From IMG/VR virus record IMGVR_UViG_3300026382_000001: a stretch of 64,000 nucleotides of DNA, one strand, 5' to 3'. Made by a program: the position numbers and the translations under genes. The notes beneath the pieces were generated by a model. The model did not search any database. It was not told where the DNA came from and saw only the letters and a list, made by a program, of their open reading frames with translations. Numbering within the stretch: the first letter of the stretch is position 1; each line of letters begins with the position of its first letter. Below, in pieces: positions 58,712 through 64,000 of this stretch. Origin of the DNA: a virus (taxonomy: Duplodnaviria; Heunggongvirae; Uroviricota; Caudoviricetes).

Positions 58712-60759
58712 TGGAAATACGAAAAAATAGAGTAATGGAGTTATCTAACTTAACATCAGTGCTTCACAACCATGATTATGATGGTGATAATGTTATTGCA
58801 GCGGCTTTACATTCCGAAGAAGCAAAGCACGATTTTGCACATATGTTTGTAAATAACAATATTGAATTTGAACAAAGAGATTCGTTATTATTTGATTTCG
58901 AACATGAAGCTATATATGCTAGTTATATGTATACAAAAGTGGCATATCAAAATATAGGATATAATTTTGATACTGATTTTGGAGAAAATGCTTTAGCTTT
59001 GGGAGAAATAGAAGTAATTGTAAAAGACTTCGCTGAACTTAGAGAAAAATATATAAATTTCGATAGTATTAAAGAAAATAATTTAGTAATATCAATTGAT
59101 AATTTAGATATAACTCTTACTTTATCTGATTGGTTAATTAATAGATGTTTACATCCTGCCGATTGGGACGAAACCTCAGATGACTTTATCATTTACCATA
59201 GTTTTGAAATTTTAAATAAAAAAAATCTTACTAAATTACTGTGGAGATTTTATAAAGATTTGAAAGCGAATGGTAGATCAGACGAATTATGGAATCTTGG
59301 ACATGAATTAGATAAATTTTTAATGGAGATTGGGACAACTATAGATTATTGTAACCCTAGTTTTAATTTAAATGACTTTGCTGTAAATTCTGAAAAAATT
59401 ACAGAATATAAAAAGAATCTTATTCAGAACGAACCGTATTTAGCTTTTCATCAAAATATGGTACTATTCGAAGATTATGTTGGACCAGAAGTTAAAAAGA
59501 ATCCAGATAATATTCTTCATCGTGTTTCAGATTCTGGAGCAAGATTGAAATCAGTTCAATTATTAAAAGCAGCGAGTAATACGGGAATTCCTACCAATAT
59601 CTATGGTAAAGCTATTCCAAGAAATATCGAGCATTCCTTGCTTGATGGTTTAACTCAAAAAGAATATTATGAAACTGGAGATAGTGCAAGATTAGCATTA
59701 ATGCAGAGACAAGATAGTATTCCTAGAGGTGGCGAACTTCAAAGAAAATTTTTCTTCAGTACTGGTATTTTACATTTTGAATATGATATTGAAGATTGTC
59801 AAGCTGAAGTTCCAATAGATGAACGTAAAACAATAGATATCGAAATTAAAGATAAGGATCATCTTAAATCATTAAATCATCGTTGGTTTATAAATGAAGA
59901 AACAAAAAAAGATTTTTATATCGATATAGAAACAGAGTGTAAAGATTGGAGAGATTATTTTAGTGAAATGATTGGACAAAGTTGGAGAATGTATTCACCG
60001 CGAAAATGTCAAGTACCGACATTCGGTATTTGTAAAAAATGTTTTGGTAAGAAAACTCCTACTTCTAAACATGTTGGAGCAAGTCTTGGTAGTTATATAG
60101 CAGAGGGTATTATTCAATCTGTTCTTAGAGCGCACCACTTTGGTGGAGCTTTTATTACGGAATTAAATTATAAAGTTTTAGATATTTTAAAAGATTCTAA
60201 AATTATAGCTAAACCAGATGAAACCATAATTGAAACAGCTAAGGAAAATACAGAAGTACTTATAGAATATTTATTTACTAAATATAACGAAAGTGATTTA
60301 GAAATAACTACAACTGATTATAAAGATACTGAAAAAGGAGAATATACTTCGTTAGTATTAAAAGTAATTAACTTACCATATAATGATGACTCTGTAAAAA
60401 TTCTTACCAGTATTGTATCACTTATAGATAAAAATAGAAAAGATGACAAATTTATAGTTCCTAGTGAAATCTATAATTCTTTAGTAGAAGTAATTACACA
60501 AAATGATTTACTTAGTGTTTATTTTGAAATGATTCTTAGTCTTATTTTTTATGACGAAGATGGTAATATATGTAAGTATTCTGATAAACCAGCAACTACA
60601 CAAATTGCTTTAAAAAATATTATTGAAAAACTTGATCCAAAATTATCAATATTTTATAATTTTAGTAATAGAGCCATTGCTAATGTTTATAAAAATGAAA
60701 ATTCTAGTACTGATGGAACCGGACATATGTACAATGAACTACTAGAGATGTATTATTAG
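58711..60759 (+). CDS. rpoC: RNA polymerase beta' catalytic/C-terminal subunit (putative non-virion RNAP; start revised)
   Basis: HNHDYDGD catalytic motif, DSGAR, DGLTQKEYY, GGELQRK, SPRKC...ICKKCFG, QSVLRAHHFGG. Confidence 0.92.
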   Translation: MEIRKNRVMELSNLTSVLHNHDYDGDNVIAAALHSEEAKHDFAHMFVNNNIEFEQRDSLLFDFEHEAIYASYMYTKVAYQNIGYNFDTDFGENALALGEIEVIVKDFAELREKYINFDSIKENNLVISIDNLDITLTLSDWLINRCLHPADWDETSDDFIIYHSFEILNKKNLTKLLWRFYKDLKANGRSDELWNLGHELDKFLMEIGTTIDYCNPSFNLNDFAVNSEKITEYKKNLIQNEPYLAFHQNMVLFEDYVGPEVKKNPDNILHRVSDSGARLKSVQLLKAASNTGIPTNIYGKAIPRNIEHSLLDGLTQKEYYETGDSARLALMQRQDSIPRGGELQRKFFFSTGILHFEYDIEDCQAEVPIDERKTIDIEIKDKDHLKSLNHRWFINEETKKDFYIDIETECKDWRDYFSEMIGQSWRMYSPRKCQVPTFGICKKCFGKKTPTSKHVGASLGSYIAEGIIQSVLRAHHFGGAFITELNYKVLDILKDSKIIAKPDETIIETAKENTEVLIEYLFTKYNESDLEITTTDYKDTEKGEYTSLVLKVINLPYNDDSVKILTSIVSLIDKNRKDDKFIVPSEIYNSLVEVITQNDLLSVYFEMILSLIFYDEDGNICKYSDKPATTQIALKNIIEKLDPKLSIFYNFSNRAIANVYKNENSSTDGTGHMYNELLEMYY

Positions 60760-60793
60760 TACTTCTTTCAATGATTTAGATATTCTTTTAAAA

Positions 60794-60985
60794 ATGGTAT
60801 CTCCGGAAGGTTCATTAAATGATAGAATATCGATGCTTAAAAATGTAGATATGGAACAGGCAACACAAGAACAAAGACGAATTATGCTAGATATGGCTAT
60901 TGATATAATACAAAAAGATCCAGTTTCTTTTTTAGGAAAACCTGAAATAAAAAAAGGGAAAATTGATATTAAGTTCGATAGCTAA
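60794..60985 (+). CDS. Small protein with C-terminal KIDIKFDS
   Basis: 63-aa ORF. Confidence 0.6.
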   Translation: MVSPEGSLNDRISMLKNVDMEQATQEQRRIMLDMAIDIIQKDPVSFLGKPEIKKGKIDIKFDS

Positions 60986-60987
60986 AG

Positions 60988-61023
60988 ATAGTTAACTATT
61001 CATAGTGGTACTATGAATAGTTA
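60988..61023. repeat. REP-like palindrome AACTATTCATAGT-GGT-ACTATGAATAGTT
   Basis: Matches 22128-22172 and the ends of the 229-bp repeat. Confidence 0.8.
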
Positions 61024-61046
61024 TTTAAATAAAAAAAGGATTATAT

Positions 61047-61379
61047 ATGGGAGAGAACATATATTTTATGGATTATATTATACACCATTTTTCAAATTTA
61101 GAGGTTTTAAGAAGAATTTTAATTGAAGGAGGCGATTATAATAATAATATAACATTAGAACAGATATTTGAAAAGGTTAATAATAATTCGGATATTGGTG
61201 AAATTTTTAATACTCATATAAATTGGAGTAATAAATATGAAAGATTGGGTTTTATAAAATCAATTGAATTACACGCAGTCCACAGGGAATGGAGAAGTAT
61301 TGTTGGAAAATGTAAAAACGATGGTGGTAAAATACTTTTTAAAAAAAACATATATAAGTTAAAAATTAAATTTGACTAA
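61047..61379 (+). CDS. Trp-motif family protein with C-terminal KLKIKFD
   Basis: FMDYI...INWS...HREW. Confidence 0.7.
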   Translation: MGENIYFMDYIIHHFSNLEVLRRILIEGGDYNNNITLEQIFEKVNNNSDIGEIFNTHINWSNKYERLGFIKSIELHAVHREWRSIVGKCKNDGGKILFKKNIYKLKIKFD

Positions 61380-61400
61380 TTAAAAACCAAAGGATAAGAA

Positions 61401-62327
61401 ATGGTATTTAGAATTACAAATTATTGTAATATGGGATGCATGCATTGTATGCAAGATAGCACTACTAAGGGTAAGCATGCTACAATGGAAATTATAGATA
61501 AAATGATTAGATTTGCTGAATTAGCGCCCCTAACGACTACTATTCAATTAAGTGGTGGTGAACCGACAGAACATCCGGAATTTATTAAAATTCTTAAAAA
61601 AGTTTTAAAAGCTTTTAGTCCAAGACCAATTACTATTATTACGAATGGTGATGGTTTTTATAATAAGGAACAATTAAAAAAAGTTTTAAAACTTATGCAA
61701 AAATATCCAAATCTTTTAATTCAACTTACATCAGTAAAAGGAATTTATAAAGATCATGATGAAAGAGTTAAGTTTCTAAATAAAAAATTTGATAAAATTA
61801 AAAAAAAATATGGAGATGATGTAGAAAGTCGTATGGTATTATGTGAAACTTTGGATCATGGTATTATACCAGTTGGTAGAGCTTTAAAAAATATTGATAA
61901 GATAAAAGAAGTTTCTTTTATCGCTCAGCGAAAAAGCCCCGCATGTTTTAATATGTATAATTCATTAAGTGAGTATAATGGAGAATTATTTAAAGCCATC
62001 GATTATGTTAAAACTCATAGTTTGACTAGTTTTTGTAAGCCATTGATTAAAGAGGATGGTAAAGTAGTTTTTGGAGAATATGATGCATGCAGTACTATTA
62101 TAGATTTGGCCGAAATTTCTATAGAAAATATGGAAAATATGAATAGTATGAAAGTAGATATTAGCCAAGTGCTTGGACCATGTAGAAGTTGCGTAAATAA
62201 TCAAAATATGGAATCGGTTATAGACCAATACCTATATAAATTTAAACAACCCGAAAAAATTTTAAATATTAAAGATAAAACTAAATTAGAAGCTTTGGAG
62301 GCAATTAAAAAATTAAAAGGAGATTAA
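61401..62327 (+). CDS. Radical SAM protein
   Basis: CNMGCMHC, SGGEP, ITNG; C-terminal Cys residues. Confidence 0.88.
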   Translation: MVFRITNYCNMGCMHCMQDSTTKGKHATMEIIDKMIRFAELAPLTTTIQLSGGEPTEHPEFIKILKKVLKAFSPRPITIITNGDGFYNKEQLKKVLKLMQKYPNLLIQLTSVKGIYKDHDERVKFLNKKFDKIKKKYGDDVESRMVLCETLDHGIIPVGRALKNIDKIKEVSFIAQRKSPACFNMYNSLSEYNGELFKAIDYVKTHSLTSFCKPLIKEDGKVVFGEYDACSTIIDLAEISIENMENMNSMKVDISQVLGPCRSCVNNQNMESVIDQYLYKFKQPEKILNIKDKTKLEALEAIKKLKGD

Positions 62328-62735
62328 ATGCAGGATGGTGGAATAGATCGATCCAAATTTTTTGATATTTATCAGCAATGGTCCAATCTTATAAATAATA
62401 ATGATATTGATCAAAATGGTGGGGTAATCGCTTCGAATAAAAATGGAAGAATGTATTCGGAACATACGATAAAAAAAATGATATTAAATAGTACATATGG
62501 TTCAGGTATTGGAATAAATACTAGTACCATTAGACCAACTTCTTCAATACGATCTTATAATAGAGGGTTAAGTCCAAATTTTATAGCACTAGATGAGGTT
62601 GAAATAACTCCAGAAACATCTGACTTAAATCAATTTATTTCTATCGAATTTAAATTACCCGAGAGTTTATTATCGGATAAATCAGAAAAACCAAAGAAAT
62701 TAAAAATTAATTTTGAGGAGGATGCATATGAATGA
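62328..62735 (+). CDS. Hypothetical protein with PolB-like and terminase-like motif fragments; C-terminal KLKINFEE
   Basis: KKMILNSTYG and RGLSPNFIALDE. Confidence 0.7.
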   Translation: MQDGGIDRSKFFDIYQQWSNLINNNDIDQNGGVIASNKNGRMYSEHTIKKMILNSTYGSGIGINTSTIRPTSSIRSYNRGLSPNFIALDEVEITPETSDLNQFISIEFKLPESLLSDKSEKPKKLKINFEEDAYE

Positions 62736-63000
62736 TTATACAAATTTAGATGAATCAGATACCTCTAAAATATTAGAAGGTATTATAGACAGTGTTCAAA
62801 ATAAAGTAAATTTCTTAAATTTTGAAACATATCGAGGAGAGTGGGATAATAACTGGTTTAATGAAAATAATGATTATGGTATTAAAACTATGTATTATAA
62901 AAAAATGTATTGGAAGAGCGATGAAAATAGGGTTAAAAAACCAACCAAATTAAAGGACATGATTTCACCTGGTATTAATTTTGAGGAGGATGCAATATGA
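62728..63000 (+). CDS. Hypothetical protein ending GINFEEDAI (start revised)
   Basis: GAGGAGG RBS. Confidence 0.65.
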   Translation: MNDYTNLDESDTSKILEGIIDSVQNKVNFLNFETYRGEWDNNWFNENNDYGIKTMYYKKMYWKSDENRVKKPTKLKDMISPGINFEEDAI

Positions 63001-63158
63001 ACCCGGAATATCCAGGAGAAAATTATTATGGTATAAATAGTATATCTAAAGTTATTTCTGCAAGATTAATTTCTGAAAAACAACAGATTAAAATATTAGA
63101 GGAATCTTTAAAAAAAAGAAAAAATAAAAAATTGGATGTTAAATTCGAAGGAGATTAA
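62997..63158 (+). CDS. 53-aa protein ending KLDVKFEGD (not in the ORF track)
   Basis: ATGA overlap, GAGGAGG RBS; translated by hand. Confidence 0.7.
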   Translation: MNPEYPGENYYGINSISKVISARLISEKQQIKILEESLKKRKNKKLDVKFEGD

Positions 63159-63296
63159 ATGGATGTAGGTGGTGTAGGTTTTGGAGCGTTAATTATATAC
63201 GCTTGGAGAAAAGATATAGAGGAATACCTAGTTAGAGTAGGAAGAAGAATTCTAGATAAGAATTTTAATCCAAGTATAAATAATGAGGAGAATTAA
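63159..63296 (+). CDS. 45-aa protein (not in the ORF track)
   Basis: AAGGAG RBS; MDVGGVGFGALIIYAW... Confidence 0.55.
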   Translation: MDVGGVGFGALIIYAWRKDIEEYLVRVGRRILDKNFNPSINNEEN

Positions 63297-64000
63297 TGAA
63301 CTTAGTAAGTTTCAGTAAATACGACACAAGAGAAGATAATGAAGAATTATTAATTAAAGAATTTAGAAAACATGATTTAGGTAAATTAGAGGTAATTTTA
63401 ATAGATCTATTTTCAAAGATTCACGAACTTAATCCAGATTATAATTTTACATTAACTAAGGAGGATGTTCAACCAGGGTATATAAATAAAGATAATTCGT
63501 TTATGGATAATTATATTGTCACCCAACGATATAAAGAATTCGATAATAAAATCGAAATTTATGTACCAAAGTTAATAAAAGATAATTTCTTTATTTTAAA
63601 TAATATGGTTTATGTACCATTGTTATTTTTAGAAAAAGCCCCTATTGATAGAATAGACGTTGAATCAGATAAAGAGCAAAAAATATTTGCTAATATTAAC
63701 CCAGTTTATAACTTTACTTTTATTTTTAATGATGAAAAGATAATTCAATTTAAAAATAAAAAAATAGATATGCTTTTATTTTTAAAAATATTTTTTAATA
63801 AAGATGAAGAATATTTGGAATATTTGGCAGAGCATGGATTAATACATAAGAAAACTGGAGAAAATCCATTTAGATTTACAAAAGAAGAATTAAAGAAAGT
63901 AATTGATTTCTTTGGTTTTCATAAAACCGATTTCTTTTATGAGGTCTTTGAAAAAGAAGGAACTATAACAGATTTCTTCGACAAGTTTTTAATGCTTGAA
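63296..64000 (+). CDS. rpoB: RNA polymerase beta N-terminal subunit (putative non-virion RNAP), truncated by the window end
   Basis: Hand translation gives IYVPKLIKDNFFILNNMVYVPLLFL, resembling beta IPLMTxxGTFxINGxERVIVSQL. Confidence 0.65.
   Translation, partial: MNLVSFSKYDTREDNEELLIKEFRKHDLGKLEVILIDLFSKIHELNPDYNFTLTKEDVQPGYINKDNSFMDNYIVTQRYKEFDNKIEIYVPKLIKDNFFILNNMVYVPLLFLEKAPIDRIDVESDKEQKIFANINPVYNFTFIFNDEKIIQFKNKKIDMLLFLKIFFNKDEEYLEYLAEHGLIHKKTGENPFRFTKEELKKVIDFFGFHKTDFFYEVFEKEGTITDFFDKFLMLE

Noticed and set aside
55400-58790. Second split intein or intron between the non-virion beta' halves (AYGD|SKNE... and ...RKN|RVM)
   Set aside because: The residue after KN is Arg, not Cys/Ser/Thr. 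No intein blocks are visible, the NHDYDGD motif is intact in one gene, and six ordinary ORFs lie between. A plain gene split explains it.
943-62228. Antisense or shadow ORFs in the track (e.g. 943-1158, 4824-5087, 11206-11469, 12439-13032, 16731-16961, 18646-18942, 31731-32024, 39567-39761, 43950-44180, 58947-59192, 61986-62228)
   Set aside because: They overlap well-supported genes on the opposite strand and have no RBS or recognisable motifs.
61401-62327. Calling the radical SAM protein QueE
   Set aside because: Only generic radical SAM motifs are visible, it has extra C-terminal Cys residues, and it is ~16 kb from queC.
1-64000. Bacterial chromosome or plasmid origin (cheY, recJ, hup, parM, rpoB/C-like genes); alternative genetic code
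   Set aside because: Terminase, holin/endolysin, split divergent RNAPs and dense small ORFs indicate a phage. Long genes read through cleanly in the standard code, with TAA, TAG and TGA all used as stops.

Overview
Very AT-rich, gene-dense segment of a jumbo bacteriophage genome. It has a terminase large subunit, a primase-helicase, a clamp loader, RecJ, an SF2 helicase, HU, a lysis cassette, eight free-standing zinc-repeat homing-type endonucleases and pieces of two distinct multisubunit RNA polymerases (phiKZ/AR9-like organisation). A CheY close to the Campylobacter/Helicobacter type suggests a Campylobacterota host (inference). The main finding: the catalytic DxDGD loop of the putative virion RNAP beta' is broken between two genes about 5.4 kb apart and in permuted order. 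One gene ends ...YAPIGGD|SFSS (intein-N-like tail). The other carries an intein-C ending ...HNFYLDGLPLLKN|SDGDILA, so an active site would form only by protein trans-splicing. Other signals: a ParM-like actin with a ParR-like partner; a shared N-terminal propeptide on six putative internal head proteins; a shared C-terminal KxKIKF(E/D) tag on about ten unrelated proteins; a strictly spaced phage promoter; a covarying leader-RNA motif; candidate ncRNAs; a terminator-linked TCCTGTCGTTA motif; and a 229-bp repeat plus dispersed TAGTTAACTA palindromes. All assignments are from motif recognition by eye; no searches were run.
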